The position numbers were made by a program, and so were the translations under genes. From contig NC_010814.1 of assembly GCF_000020385.1 (NCBI RefSeq), positions 1,200,001-1,232,000 of the forward strand: a stretch of DNA of 32,000 bases. Direction: 5' to 3'. Numbering within the stretch: position 1 is the first letter of the stretch; every line of letters begins with the position of its first letter. Shown one piece after another: positions 7,715 through 17,180 of this stretch. Below the pieces are notes generated by a model. That model saw only the letters and a list, made by a program, of their open reading frames with translations. It was not told where the DNA came from and made no database searches. This stretch comes from Trichlorobacter lovleyi SZ (GTDB lineage: Bacteria > Desulfobacterota > Desulfuromonadia > Geobacterales > Pseudopelobacteraceae).

Positions 7715-8755
7715 ATGTCTGAACAGATTACATCACGTCTTGCATTTCTCGACCGCTGGCTGACGCTCTGGATCTTTGTTGCCATGGCGCTGGGGGTCGG
7801 GCTGGGGTATCTGGTCCCCGGTACCGAGGCACTCATCAACTCCTTTCAGGTCGGCACCACCAACATCCCGATCGCCATCGGCCTGATCGTGATGATGTAC
7901 CCGCCCTTTGCCAAGGTGAAGTATGAGGATATGCCGGAGGTGTTCCGGAACAAAAGGATTCTGGGGCTCTCGCTGCTGCAGAACTGGCTGATCGGCCCGG
8001 TGCTGATGTTTGTGCTGGCGGCCCTGTTGCTGCCGGACAAACCGGAGTATCTGGTGGGGCTGATCATGATCGGTCTGGCCCGCTGCATCGCCATGGTGAT
8101 TGTCTGGAACGAACTGGCCAGGGGAAATACCGAGTACGCTGCCGGCCTGGTGGCCTTTAACAGTATCTTTCAAGTCCTGTTTTACAGTGTTTATGCCTGG
8201 GTTTTTATTACGGTGCTGCCGCCGCTGGTGGGGCTGCAGGGAATGGCGGTCAAGGTAGGCATCGGCCAGATTGCCGAGAGCGTCTTCATCTACCTGGGGA
8301 TTCCTTGTATTGCCGGAGCACTGACCCGCCTGATCGGTGTCAAGCTGCTGGGAGTGGAACGGTACCACCGCGAGGTGGTGCCCAAGATCAGCCCCCTGAC
8401 CCTGATCGCCCTGCTGTTTACCATCGTGGTGATGTTCAGCCTGAAGGGTAACCTGATCGTGCAGTTGCCGCTGGATGTGGTACGGATCGCCATACCGCTC
8501 CTGATCTATTTTGTGGTGATGTTTCTGGTCTCGTTCTGGATGGGGAAAAAGCTGGGGGCAGACTATTCCCGAACCACCACCCTGGCCTTTACCGCAGCCA
8601 GTAACAACTTCGAACTGGCCATTGCAGTGGCGGTGGCGGTATTCGGCATCAATTCCGGGGCAGCCTTTGCAGCCGTGATCGGGCCGCTGGTGGAGGTACC
8701 GGTCATGATTGCCCTGGTACATGTGGCGTTCCGTTTTCAGCGCAAGTGGTTTTGA
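7715..8755 (+). CDS. acr3: Arsenite efflux permease, ACR3 family
   Basis: The N-terminus ([24 protein letters not shown]) and the conserved [16 protein letters not shown] motif are present, with about 10 TM segments. The start was chosen at the ATG after a GGGGAGG RBS; the ORF-track start at 7679 is less likely. Confidence 0.9.
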   Translation: MSEQITSRLAFLDRWLTLWIFVAMALGVGLGYLVPGTEALINSFQVGTTNIPIAIGLIVMMYPPFAKVKYEDMPEVFRNKRILGLSLLQNWLIGPVLMFVLAALLLPDKPEYLVGLIMIGLARCIAMVIVWNELARGNTEYAAGLVAFNSIFQVLFYSVYAWVFITVLPPLVGLQGMAVKVGIGQIAESVFIYLGIPCIAGALTRLIGVKLLGVERYHREVVPKISPLTLIALLFTIVVMFSLKGNLIVQLPLDVVRIAIPLLIYFVVMFLVSFWMGKKLGADYSRTTTLAFTAASNNFELAIAVAVAVFGINSGAAFAAVIGPLVEVPVMIALVHVAFRFQRKWF

Positions 8756-8946
8756 GCGGTAACGGCTCAGAACTGTAGTAAAAAAATGACGTGAGTCAAA
8801 AAACGTTATGTTTGTAAATATTAAATAAAATTAAGCAGCTATAAAGTGTTGCGAGGCTGTCTGGTGTCGTGTATCGTTCCGGTCGTGATGTGAATACTGC
8901 CCGGGATCGTACCGGGTCAGATATCGAAATTGTACCGGGATTGGCC

Positions 8947-11526
8947 ATGTTCCTATTTAAAAAGTTTGTTTCGTTTACCGCTGCTACCCTCAAACGTTTT
9001 ATCTTTACGGCAACCCTGATTGTTTCTGCGGTTACCTTTGCCGTTGTCATCACAATTGTTTCCTTCCTTTTTCTGAAGCAGGCCCATGACACCAAAACCC
9101 ACGAGTCCGGCCTTATCGCCCGGCATATCCTTGCGGCGATCACTGAAGTCATGGAGCAAGGGGGCACGATTGCCGAGATCGAGCACACCCTTGATGACTA
9201 TCGCCGGCTTTTCCCCAGGCAGACCATTACCATCCAGACCCCCCGGAACGGTACCGTTGGCTGGCAGAGCGATGAACCGGCTGTCGCCGATGTGCTGCGA
9301 ACCGGGAATGCGGTGCATCGTCACACCCCGTACACTTCGATCAATGTCTTTCCTGTCAAGGCTGAAACCAGCTGCCGTAGCTGTCACCCGGCATTTCAGG
9401 CCGGTCAGGTCCAGGCAATCCTCGCCATTAAAGAGGATATCAGTCAGGCCAGCTTTACCCTGCTTAACCGGGCGCTCTCCAGTTTTCTGCTGCTGCTGCC
9501 GTTTCCGCTGCTGATGGCTTTTCTGGTCGCACGTTTCGTCAATCACCATCTTGGTGATGCCGTATCGAAGTTGAACAGCAAGGTGCATTCCGTTACCACC
9601 GTCTCAGATCTGACCCTGCTGGGGCAGGAGCTTGAGTCGGAAGGTGAGACACTGAAATTTGGCGAGCTTGAGGCGATTTTCGGCGAATTCAGCGGGTTAG
9701 TGACCAGGATTCGTGACGTTGCCGTGGGCAGGGAGATGCTGGAATTTGAGATCAAGGTGCTGGAGCGTTTTATCATTACCTCCGAGGCGATCCGGGACTG
9801 GAAGGAGCGGGTCGGCTACCTGCTGAACGAGGTCAACAAGGTCATGCCGGCCTATGCCCTGTTCTGCGTTTTTCAGGTGGAGGAAGATGGATATGATATA
9901 GAAATTTTCTGGTCTGCGCCGCCGACAGCGGCAACCCGCAGCACCATGGAGCTGATTGTCAGGCAGCAGATCAAGGATGAGAAGCTGCGTTGCAGTTCTG
10001 AGGCGGCAATCATGATCATCCACAATATTACGAATGAATCTGCTCCCCTGTTGGAACTGGCCCGTGATGAGATTGAGCTGGAGACCAAGTCGCTCTATCT
10101 GGATATGCCCCAGATCGGCGGCGTGGTGGGGATCGGGGTGCAGTCCCAGATTATGGCCGACCCGATCCGTTCGCTGGTGATCAACAGTATCCTGACCACC
10201 CTGCTGAATGTGATCGGCTCGATCAAGGCGATCTATAAATACACCAAGGATCTTGAATACTACGCGACCCGTGACCCACTGACCAACCTGTTCAATCAAC
10301 GGGTCTTCTGGGAGCTGCTGGGGTACGAGATCGGTCGTGCCGAGCGGCATCACCAGCAGTTTGGGGTGCTGGTGATTGACCTGGATAACTTCAAGCATAT
10401 CAACGATACCTACGGCCATCTGGTGGGTGACAAATATCTGGTGCAGATTGCCGACACCATTCATGCAAGTCTGCGTTTAGGGGATATCCTGGCCCGTTAC
10501 GGCGGCGATGAGTTTGCCATTGTGCTGCCCGATGCTGATCATGAGCAGGTGCATATGGTTGCCAACCGGATCAGGGAGGCCATGGAGGCGATGACCCTGG
10601 TGACGGCCGACGGCAGCAAGATCCGCGGTACCGCCTCCATCGGCTATGCGGTCTGCCCTGATCACGCCACGACTGCCAAAGATCTGTTTCTGTTTGCCGA
10701 TAACATGACCTACAAGGCAAAATCGCTGGGTAAAAACTGTATCGTCGTGCCGACCAATGATGATGTGGTGGAGGTCTTCCAGAAAAGCAGCGACATGTCG
10801 CGGCTGTTGCTTAATGCGCTGGAAGAGAAGCAGGTCGTTCCGTATTTTCAGCCGATTGTTACCAGCGATGGACAGGTGGTGGTCTGTAATGAAGTGCTCT
10901 GCCGGGTGCTGGTCGGTGATCAGGTCATTCCAGCCTCAGAGTTCATCGAGATTGCTGAAAAGCTGGGGGTGGTCAGCCGCCTTGATGCCATTCTGATGGA
11001 AAAGGTCTTTGCCCAGGCCCAGGCTGATGCGTACGATGGGTATCTGTTTATTAATCTCTCTCCCAAGTCGTTGATCCTCAAAGAGTTTGTTCCTTCCGTG
11101 ATCAAGCTGTCCAACCAGTATCAGATTGCCCATGACAAGGTGGTTTTTGAGATTACCGAACGGGAAACCGTGAAAAACATGACGTTGCTGGAACAGTTTG
11201 TCCAGGATCTGAAGTTGGAGGGATTCAAGTTTGCGATTGATGACTTCGGTTCAGGTTTTTCTTCATTCCAGTATATCCGCAGGCTGCCGATTGACTTTGT
11301 CAAGATTGAGGGGATGTTTGTGCTCAACATGCTGAACGATCCCAAAGACAAGGCCTTTGTCAAGACCCTGGCGGTGCTGGCCCGGGAGTTCGGCATCAAG
11401 ACCATTGCCGAATATATCGAAAGTGAAGAGTTGTTGCAGGCGGTGCGGGAACTGGGGATAGATCTGGCTCAGGGCTACTACACCGGCAGGCCTGAGGCAA
11501 CCATCAGAAAGACAACAAAAGGGTAG
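8947..11526 (+). CDS. Membrane-bound GGDEF-EAL c-di-GMP signalling protein with a periplasmic loop carrying a CXXCH motif
   Basis: TM1 (VSAVTFAVVITIVSFLFL) is followed by a loop of about 150 aa containing CRSCH, then TM2. The GGDEF motif is intact (RYGGDEFAIVL). The EAL domain carries EVLCR, DDFGSGFSS and QGYY motifs. Confidence 0.9.
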   Translation: MFLFKKFVSFTAATLKRFIFTATLIVSAVTFAVVITIVSFLFLKQAHDTKTHESGLIARHILAAITEVMEQGGTIAEIEHTLDDYRRLFPRQTITIQTPRNGTVGWQSDEPAVADVLRTGNAVHRHTPYTSINVFPVKAETSCRSCHPAFQAGQVQAILAIKEDISQASFTLLNRALSSFLLLLPFPLLMAFLVARFVNHHLGDAVSKLNSKVHSVTTVSDLTLLGQELESEGETLKFGELEAIFGEFSGLVTRIRDVAVGREMLEFEIKVLERFIITSEAIRDWKERVGYLLNEVNKVMPAYALFCVFQVEEDGYDIEIFWSAPPTAATRSTMELIVRQQIKDEKLRCSSEAAIMIIHNITNESAPLLELARDEIELETKSLYLDMPQIGGVVGIGVQSQIMADPIRSLVINSILTTLLNVIGSIKAIYKYTKDLEYYATRDPLTNLFNQRVFWELLGYEIGRAERHHQQFGVLVIDLDNFKHINDTYGHLVGDKYLVQIADTIHASLRLGDILARYGGDEFAIVLPDADHEQVHMVANRIREAMEAMTLVTADGSKIRGTASIGYAVCPDHATTAKDLFLFADNMTYKAKSLGKNCIVVPTNDDVVEVFQKSSDMSRLLLNALEEKQVVPYFQPIVTSDGQVVVCNEVLCRVLVGDQVIPASEFIEIAEKLGVVSRLDAILMEKVFAQAQADAYDGYLFINLSPKSLILKEFVPSVIKLSNQYQIAHDKVVFEITERETVKNMTLLEQFVQDLKLEGFKFAIDDFGSGFSSFQYIRRLPIDFVKIEGMFVLNMLNDPKDKAFVKTLAVLAREFGIKTIAEYIESEELLQAVRELGIDLAQGYYTGRPEATIRKTTKG

Positions 11527-11587
11527 GCGATGGCACTCGATCATAGTGACAGCTGGGGCAGGGTTGCGCCGGGCGGGCAGGTCATTA

Positions 11588-12181
11588 ATGCATAAGCGCT
11601 TGTCTGACATAACCGGGGTGGTGCTGGTGGGGGGCAAGAGCCGCCGCATGGGGCAGGACAAGGCGTTCCTTGCCGTTGAAGGGGTGCCGGTGATCGAGCG
11701 GATTCTGTTGGCCCTGCAGGGGTGTTTCGAGCATCTGCTGCTGGTGGGGGACCGGCCGGAGCGTTTTGCAAGGTACCGGCTGCAGGTTGTGCCGGACAGC
11801 TATCCCGGCAGTTCCCTGGGAGGACTGTATACCGGCCTGCAGCATGCTGAAACGGATCTGATCTTTGTCAGCTCCTGCGATATTCCTTTTCCCGACCCGG
11901 AGCTGATCCGCCTGATCTGTGCCGCTTCAGCTTCCTGTGATGCGGTCGTCCCGGCCACTGCCGGCGGCCCGGAACCGCTGTTTGCCCTCTATCGCAAGTC
12001 CTGCCTGCCCCTGATGCAGGCAGCGCTTGAGGCCGGTCAGTACCGGATCAACGCCGTGCTGGGGCAGCTGAACGTCAGAACCATTGCTCCTGAACAGCTG
12101 GCAAAGCTCGATCCCGGCGGCAGGGCGTTGCTGAATATCAATACTCCGCAGGAGTACGCGGCCTGCAGACTGGAAACCTGA
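11588..12181 (+). CDS. mobA: Molybdenum cofactor guanylyltransferase
   Basis: The GVVLVGGKSRRMGQDKAFL motif is typical of MobA. Its stop overlaps the mobB start (ATGA). An upstream alternative start lies at 11546. Confidence 0.85.
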   Translation: MHKRLSDITGVVLVGGKSRRMGQDKAFLAVEGVPVIERILLALQGCFEHLLLVGDRPERFARYRLQVVPDSYPGSSLGGLYTGLQHAETDLIFVSSCDIPFPDPELIRLICAASASCDAVVPATAGGPEPLFALYRKSCLPLMQAALEAGQYRINAVLGQLNVRTIAPEQLAKLDPGGRALLNINTPQEYAACRLET

Positions 12182-12687
12182 TGAGCAGACCGGCTGTTGT
12201 CTCTTTTGTAGCCCATTCCGGTACCGGTAAGACCACCCTGCTGGAAAAACTGATACCGATCCTGAAGGAGCGGGGCTACCGGGTCGGCGCGATCAAGCAT
12301 GATGCCCATCGCTTCGAGATCGATCATCCCGGCAAAGACAGCCATCGCCTGACCGCAGCCGGTGCCGACAGTATGCTGATCTGCTCCGGTGAGAAACTTG
12401 CCCTGGTGCGCCGGCACCGGCAGGCCCCGGCCATTGAGGAACTGCTCAGGATCTGCGGCCCTGACCTGGATATCATCCTGACCGAGGGGTTCAAGCAAAG
12501 CAGCCTGCCCAAGATAGAGCTGCACCGGGGGGGTCTGGCCAGAGAGCTGATCTGCCGCGGGAACAGCCATGATCCAACCCTGCTGGCCATTGCCAGCGAT
12601 ACGCCGCTTACGGTTGATGTCCCGCTGCTGGATCTGAACAACCCGGCGCAGCTAGCTGATTTTATTGAACAAAGGCTGTTGCGATGA
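12181..12687 (+). CDS. mobB: Molybdopterin-guanine dinucleotide biosynthesis adapter protein
   Basis: P-loop SGTGKTT, followed by GAIKHDAH.FEIDHPGKDSHR, which is typical of MobB. Confidence 0.9.
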   Translation: MSRPAVVSFVAHSGTGKTTLLEKLIPILKERGYRVGAIKHDAHRFEIDHPGKDSHRLTAAGADSMLICSGEKLALVRRHRQAPAIEELLRICGPDLDIILTEGFKQSSLPKIELHRGGLARELICRGNSHDPTLLAIASDTPLTVDVPLLDLNNPAQLADFIEQRLLR

Positions 12688-13676
12688 GCGGGCAGGCCCC
12701 CTTGCGGGATACCTATAACCGCCGGATCAACTACCTGCGCCTGTCGGTAACTGACCGCTGCAATCTGCGCTGTTTCTATTGTATGCCTGCCGAAGGGGTG
12801 CAGGATGTTGGCCACTGTGGCGTGCTTTCCTTTGAAGAGCTGCAGATGATTGCGGAGTGCGCCGTGCGGTTGGGGATCGAGAAGATCAGGATCACCGGTG
12901 GAGAGCCGACCGTGCGGGCCGGTCTGGTTGATTTTCTGGCAAAACTCTCAGCCATTCCGGGCCTGCGTCACCTGGCCCTGACCACCAACGGCCTGTTACT
13001 GGAGCAGATGGCCGCTGATCTGTACCGGGCAGGTGTGCAGCGTCTGAATGTCAGCCTCGATTCGCTTAATCCTCAGCGATTCAGGGAGATCACCCGCGGC
13101 GGCGATCTGCACAAGGTGCTGGCCGGGCTGGATGCTGCGTTGGCGGCCGGGTTCCCGCACCCCAAGATCAATGTGGTGATCATGCGGGGGATCAATGACG
13201 CGGAGATCCTCGATTTTGCCGAGCTGACCCGGACGCGGGGCTGTCCGGTCCGCTTTATCGAATATATGCCGGTGGTCAGGGAAGAAGGCTGGCATCGGCT
13301 CTGCTTTTCCGGTCAGGAAGTGCTGCAACGGATTGCCGAAAAGTACCGGCTGGAACCGATCGACAAAGGGGCGTTCAGCGGTCCCTCCCAGGATTTCCGT
13401 ATCCCCGGTGCCATGGGCAGCATCGGTATCATTACCGCCGTATCCGGCCACTTCTGCAACGACTGCAACCGGATCAGGGTCACGGCGCGGGGGCAGGCCA
13501 AGGGCTGCCTGTTCAGCGATGAGAAGACCGATCTGCTGCCGTTTCTGCGGCCACCGGACTGCCAGGCGCTCTGTGCCGCCCTGCAGCGGATCGTGGCATC
13601 AAAGCCGGAAGGGCATGCCATCAAGTGCGGTGAGTATGCCCACAGTAACTTCAGCATGGCCCAGGTAGGAGGGTAG
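12684..13676 (+). CDS. moaA: GTP 3',8-cyclase (radical SAM, Moco biosynthesis step 1)
   Basis: Contains CNLRCFYCMP (CX3CX2C), a GGEPT motif and a C-terminal second cluster CNDCNRIRVTARG. It overlaps the mobB stop by 4 nt. Confidence 0.9.
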   Translation: MSGQAPLRDTYNRRINYLRLSVTDRCNLRCFYCMPAEGVQDVGHCGVLSFEELQMIAECAVRLGIEKIRITGGEPTVRAGLVDFLAKLSAIPGLRHLALTTNGLLLEQMAADLYRAGVQRLNVSLDSLNPQRFREITRGGDLHKVLAGLDAALAAGFPHPKINVVIMRGINDAEILDFAELTRTRGCPVRFIEYMPVVREEGWHRLCFSGQEVLQRIAEKYRLEPIDKGAFSGPSQDFRIPGAMGSIGIITAVSGHFCNDCNRIRVTARGQAKGCLFSDEKTDLLPFLRPPDCQALCAALQRIVASKPEGHAIKCGEYAHSNFSMAQVGG

Positions 13677-13680
13677 AACG

Positions 13681-14469
13681 ATGGCAGAGGTGATTGCAGT
13701 CTGTATCAGCGAAAAAAAAGGTGAGCGCAAGAAGCCGGTACCGGCGGTTGAACTGCGGGTGGACCACGGCATTGTCGGGGATGCCCATGCCGGTGACTGG
13801 CACCGTCAGGTCAGTCTGCTGGCCCAGGAGAGCATCAACAAGATGCGTGCCCTGGGGCTGGATGTCACCACCGGGGATTTTGCCGAGAACATCACCACCA
13901 GCGGGATTGAGCTGGTCTCCCTGCCGATCGGCAGCCGCCTGCAGATCGGTGAAACCCTGCTGGAGGTGACCCAGATCGGCAAGGAATGCCATACCCGCTG
14001 TGCCATCTATCACCAGGCCGGTGACTGTGTCATGCCCAAGGAAGGGATCTTTGCCAAGGTGATCCGGCCGGGCAGCATCAGGCCGGGGGACCGGATAGCA
14101 ACTGTTGCAGCGCCGATCCGGGTTGAATGGCGGCATTATGACAAGGCCGGTGCAACCTGTGAGCGATGCGGTGACACCGGCGCCAACCTGGAGCAGGTGA
14201 TAAGCGAGTATGCCGGGCGAGGTGTCGAGATTGAACTGCAGGAAACCCTCCTGAACGAAGAGCGGATCAGTGAATCAAACCTGGTGCTGATCAATGGCGT
14301 ACCGTTGGAGGAACTGCTGGCTGCAACCGCCGGGGAGTCCGATTGTCCCTCCTGCAGCTGCCTGACCGGTTCTGCAACCAGCTGTCGTACCGTGCAGTGC
14401 GATGGTGAGGTGTTTGAAGAACTGACGCCGGAACTGATCAGGAAAGGGATTGAGGCGGTGCTGGGGTAA
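13681..14469 (+). CDS. MOSC-domain protein fused to a C-terminal Cys-rich domain (recalled as DUF2703-like)
   Basis: The N-terminal 150 aa or so look like a MOSC beta-barrel (HGIVGDAHAG..., LLEVTQIGKECH). The C-terminal 110 aa or so read EWRHYDKAGATCERCGDTG...SDCPSCSCLTG...CRTVQCDG. Confidence 0.7.
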   Translation: MAEVIAVCISEKKGERKKPVPAVELRVDHGIVGDAHAGDWHRQVSLLAQESINKMRALGLDVTTGDFAENITTSGIELVSLPIGSRLQIGETLLEVTQIGKECHTRCAIYHQAGDCVMPKEGIFAKVIRPGSIRPGDRIATVAAPIRVEWRHYDKAGATCERCGDTGANLEQVISEYAGRGVEIELQETLLNEERISESNLVLINGVPLEELLAATAGESDCPSCSCLTGSATSCRTVQCDGEVFEELTPELIRKGIEAVLG

Positions 14470-14555
14470 CTTGCGGTGATTCCGCTTCCATTTCAAGGCG
14501 TTCTCTTCGTTGGCTCGTTAGGGACGGCCACAGATGTCCTTGCATAGAGCAACTG

Positions 14556-14587
14556 ATGCGGGCCTGACAATTACGTCAAGCCCGCAT
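14556..14587. terminator. Hairpin between convergent genes (a possible terminator for the MOSC operon)
   Basis: ATGCGGGC-c-TGAC-aattac-GTCA-a-GCCCGCAT, an imperfect 12-bp stem. There is no strong T-tract. Confidence 0.4.
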
Positions 14588-14604
14588 TAAACTGAAGAAT
14601 CGTT

Positions 14605-14639
14605 AAAAGGTCACTGTCTGATCTGTGCCAACCAGTGAC
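14605..14639 (-). terminator. Candidate intrinsic terminator after the rhodanese gene
   Basis: On the minus strand a GTCACTG...CAGTGAC stem is followed by CTTTT, immediately after the stop at 14643. Confidence 0.45.
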
Positions 14640-14642
14640 TAG

Positions 14643-15587
14643 TTACTTTTTTGGTTCTTCCTTCTTGACCGGTTTAGGGGCATCCCACAACCAGATCTGA
14701 CCAGCCATTGGCAGGGCTACCATATTTGCCCACTCTACCCAGCCACCTTCATATACTTTTACGTTTTTGTAGCCGAGCATATACTTGAGGATAACATAGG
14801 TGTGTGCCGAGCGGTCACCACTGTGGCAGTAGGTATAGATCGTACGATCTCCGTTGACATCTTTTGCCTCATACAGCTTCTTGATGTCTTCAAGTGACTT
14901 GAACAGCTGGCTGTCTTTTTCATTGGCATCGGAACTGGTCACCAGTACCGCTTTGGGTAGATAACCGCCACGGATGGCACGGATATTCTGGGCCTTGAAC
15001 TCGTTTTCCGGCCGGGAATCCAGCAGCAGTACCTCAGGCTTTGCCCCTTGGGCCACATCACGGTAGATGTCACTCCAGGTGACAGTCATGTCAGTTTTTG
15101 TCTTAGCAATCTTGTACTTGCTTTTTTTGATTTTAGTTACATCATCCGTTACCTTATTACCGAGTTTCTTCCAGTTGACAATTCCGCCGTTCAGCAGCTT
15201 CAGCTTGGCTGGGTCGTGGCCAAACATCTCCAACAGAAACAGCAAGCGGGTAGCAAACAGACTTGACTTGTCGTCGTAGGCAACAATCACGGAACCGTTT
15301 TCGATTCCCGACTCAGAGAGAAATTTCTCAAACTGCAACTTGGTTGGGTAGGCGGTGGCTGGATAACGATCAGTGTTGGAGAGATCAAGATAGCGTTTGA
15401 CCTGGATAGCTCCGGGGATATGCTCCTTGTCAAAGGCATTCGGCTTGTCAGCCACATCCATGATCTTGACGTTCTTGTTGTTCATGTTCTTCTTCAGCCA
15501 GTCGGCATCAACCAGGCTGATTGCCAGTGCTGCGCTGTTCATGCTGAACAGAGTGATCAGGGCCAGTGCAAAGATTTTCAATTTCAT
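14643..15587 (-). CDS. Periplasmic tandem-rhodanese sulfurtransferase
   Basis: The start was chosen at MKLKIFALALITLFSMNSAALA (signal peptide) after an AGGAGG RBS. The longer track ORF would overlap the psrC-like gene. There are two rhodanese domains. The first is inactive (AYDDKSS). The second has the active-site loop YCHSGDRS. Confidence 0.85.
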   Translation of the reverse strand: MKLKIFALALITLFSMNSAALAISLVDADWLKKNMNNKNVKIMDVADKPNAFDKEHIPGAIQVKRYLDLSNTDRYPATAYPTKLQFEKFLSESGIENGSVIVAYDDKSSLFATRLLFLLEMFGHDPAKLKLLNGGIVNWKKLGNKVTDDVTKIKKSKYKIAKTKTDMTVTWSDIYRDVAQGAKPEVLLLDSRPENEFKAQNIRAIRGGYLPKAVLVTSSDANEKDSQLFKSLEDIKKLYEAKDVNGDRTIYTYCHSGDRSAHTYVILKYMLGYKNVKVYEGGWVEWANMVALPMAGQIWLWDAPKPVKKEEPKK

Positions 15588-15637
15588 TATGTTACCTCCT
15601 TCAGGATAGTGCCCGATGGGCAGTGAAAAGTAGATTG

Positions 15638-16609
15638 TCAGACCAGTTTGCTGATCTGTCCGGCGTAGACAAAGGTTAGACGGATCACCAGACTTCCCAG
15701 CAAGACCAGTCCGGCGCTCAGATTCATCTTGAGGATGTCGCTGCTGCAAAGTGTTTCATGGCACTCCTTGATCTCGGCCAGTTTCATCACCAATGCCAGA
15801 GGGAAGATGACGCCGATAAACAAGAGTGAGGCGGTATACCAGAGATATTCATGGTTTAAGCTGAAGAACGGCATGATCGAAAGCCGCTGTGATTCAGAGG
15901 AAACATACTGACCGTAGAAAAATAGCGGGATGATGATCATCTCGGCAATGATCAGGCCGATGTCGACCTTTGTGTAAAACAGTTTTACACACTGATCCTT
16001 GGCCAGCACGATCATCAGGGCTGCCCCTGCTGACATGGCTGAACAGAGGAACAGCATCGGCAGGATGGCGGTGTTCCAGAGTGGGCGGGCCACAAAGGCG
16101 CTCAAGAGCACACCGGTGTAGATGCCGATGAAGACCCCCATTGCAGCATTGGCCAGTGCAAGATACTGCATGCGTGGCTTTACCCAGGTGGCCAGATCAT
16201 CCATGAACGGCAGGCGGTACAACCACTCTCTGCGCTGTTCCGGCAGGGTGCCGTAGGCGAACAACAGGCTGATCGGGGTGAACAGCAGCAGCCCCCAGGA
16301 ACCCCAGGACATGGGGGAGAGCGGCTGTATCGTCAGGTAGAACCAGAACACATTCAGCTTGCGGTCCAGGTCCAGAAAGATAAAGAACATACCGATCCCC
16401 AAAATGACCGGTACCAGCCAGGGGGCTACCATGAAGACGGTTTCACCCGCCGGAATACGGTCTTCCTTTTTCTGAAGGTGCATCAGTGAGCTCATCACCG
16501 CCAGGCCTGCAGAAAGGCCGCCCAGAAACAGGTAGAGCGAAACACGCCAGTCCCAGATATGCAGGACCGGATTGGTCATGGCGTTGGCGCCGGTAATAGT
16601 CAGTTCCAT
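15638..16609 (-). CDS. NrfD/PsrC-family integral membrane quinol-interacting subunit
   Basis: 323 aa with about 8-9 TM helices and an NrfD-type N-terminus (WDWRVSLYLFLGGLSAG). A GGGGGAG RBS lies upstream. The gene directly follows the ferredoxin subunit. Confidence 0.85.
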   Translation of the reverse strand: MELTITGANAMTNPVLHIWDWRVSLYLFLGGLSAGLAVMSSLMHLQKKEDRIPAGETVFMVAPWLVPVILGIGMFFIFLDLDRKLNVFWFYLTIQPLSPMSWGSWGLLLFTPISLLFAYGTLPEQRREWLYRLPFMDDLATWVKPRMQYLALANAAMGVFIGIYTGVLLSAFVARPLWNTAILPMLFLCSAMSAGAALMIVLAKDQCVKLFYTKVDIGLIIAEMIIIPLFFYGQYVSSESQRLSIMPFFSLNHEYLWYTASLLFIGVIFPLALVMKLAEIKECHETLCSSDILKMNLSAGLVLLGSLVIRLTFVYAGQISKLV

Positions 16610-16621
16610 AGATGCTCCCCC

Positions 16622-17179
16622 CTATTCCGTGCCAAACCGGCGGATGTAATAGACCCGTGGCTCGGTGCCGGCGCTTTTCATCGGCAGTTCGGCATGGTGC
16701 CCCTTCAGGGCCAGCCGCACCGGGCTTTTCGGGTCATTCAGATCACCAAAGATGCGGGACTTGCCGATACAGGTGGCTACACAGGCCGGCTCCTTGCCTT
16801 CCTTGATCCGGTGGTCGCAGAAGGTGCATTTGTCGGCAAACCCCTTGTTGTGGTCAATGTAGCGGGCGTCATAGGGGCAGGCAGCCACACAGGCCTTGCA
16901 ACCCACACAGCGTTTCTTGTCCAGCAGTACCAGGCCGCTCAGGCGGCTTTTGTAGGAGGCGCGGGTAGGGCAGTTGTAGACACAGGGCGGGTTGTCACAG
17001 TGGTTGCACAGCTCGGAGCGCAATTCAGTGCGCAGATTGGGAAACTGTCCTTCAGTTTTCTCCAGCACCCGTGTGCGAAACTGCTCGGGCGGTACGTTGT
17101 TCTCCGCCTTGCAGGCGACAATGCAGGCCATGCAGCCGATGCAGCGCCGTTGATCGATTACCATTGCATACTTCGGCAT
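16622..17179 (-). CDS. Four-cluster 4Fe-4S ferredoxin subunit (PsrB/PhsB/DmsB type)
   Basis: 185 aa containing CIGCMACIVAC, CNHCDNPPCVYNCP, CVGCKACVAACP and CTFC...C...C motifs. Confidence 0.9.
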   Translation of the reverse strand: MPKYAMVIDQRRCIGCMACIVACKAENNVPPEQFRTRVLEKTEGQFPNLRTELRSELCNHCDNPPCVYNCPTRASYKSRLSGLVLLDKKRCVGCKACVAACPYDARYIDHNKGFADKCTFCDHRIKEGKEPACVATCIGKSRIFGDLNDPKSPVRLALKGHHAELPMKSAGTEPRVYYIRRFGTE

Positions 17180-17180
17180 A

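Noticed and set aside
8756-8946. The AT-rich spacer after acr3, with short CCCGG/CCGGG and GTACCGGG repeats.
   Set aside because: The repeats are only 5-8 nt long and occur in a GC-rich genome. There is no convincing terminator, small ORF or RNA structure beyond what chance would give.
11527-11587. A possible Moco riboswitch upstream of mobA or moaA.
   Set aside because: The intergenic spaces are far too short (about 60 nt, and overlapping genes) for the roughly 130-nt Moco RNA motif. I saw no matching conserved structure.
14643-15749. The full 368-aa track ORF for the rhodanese gene.
   Set aside because: The N-terminal 54 codons overlap the psrC-like gene and lack an RBS. The internal ATG at 15587 has an AGGAGG RBS and starts a clean signal peptide.
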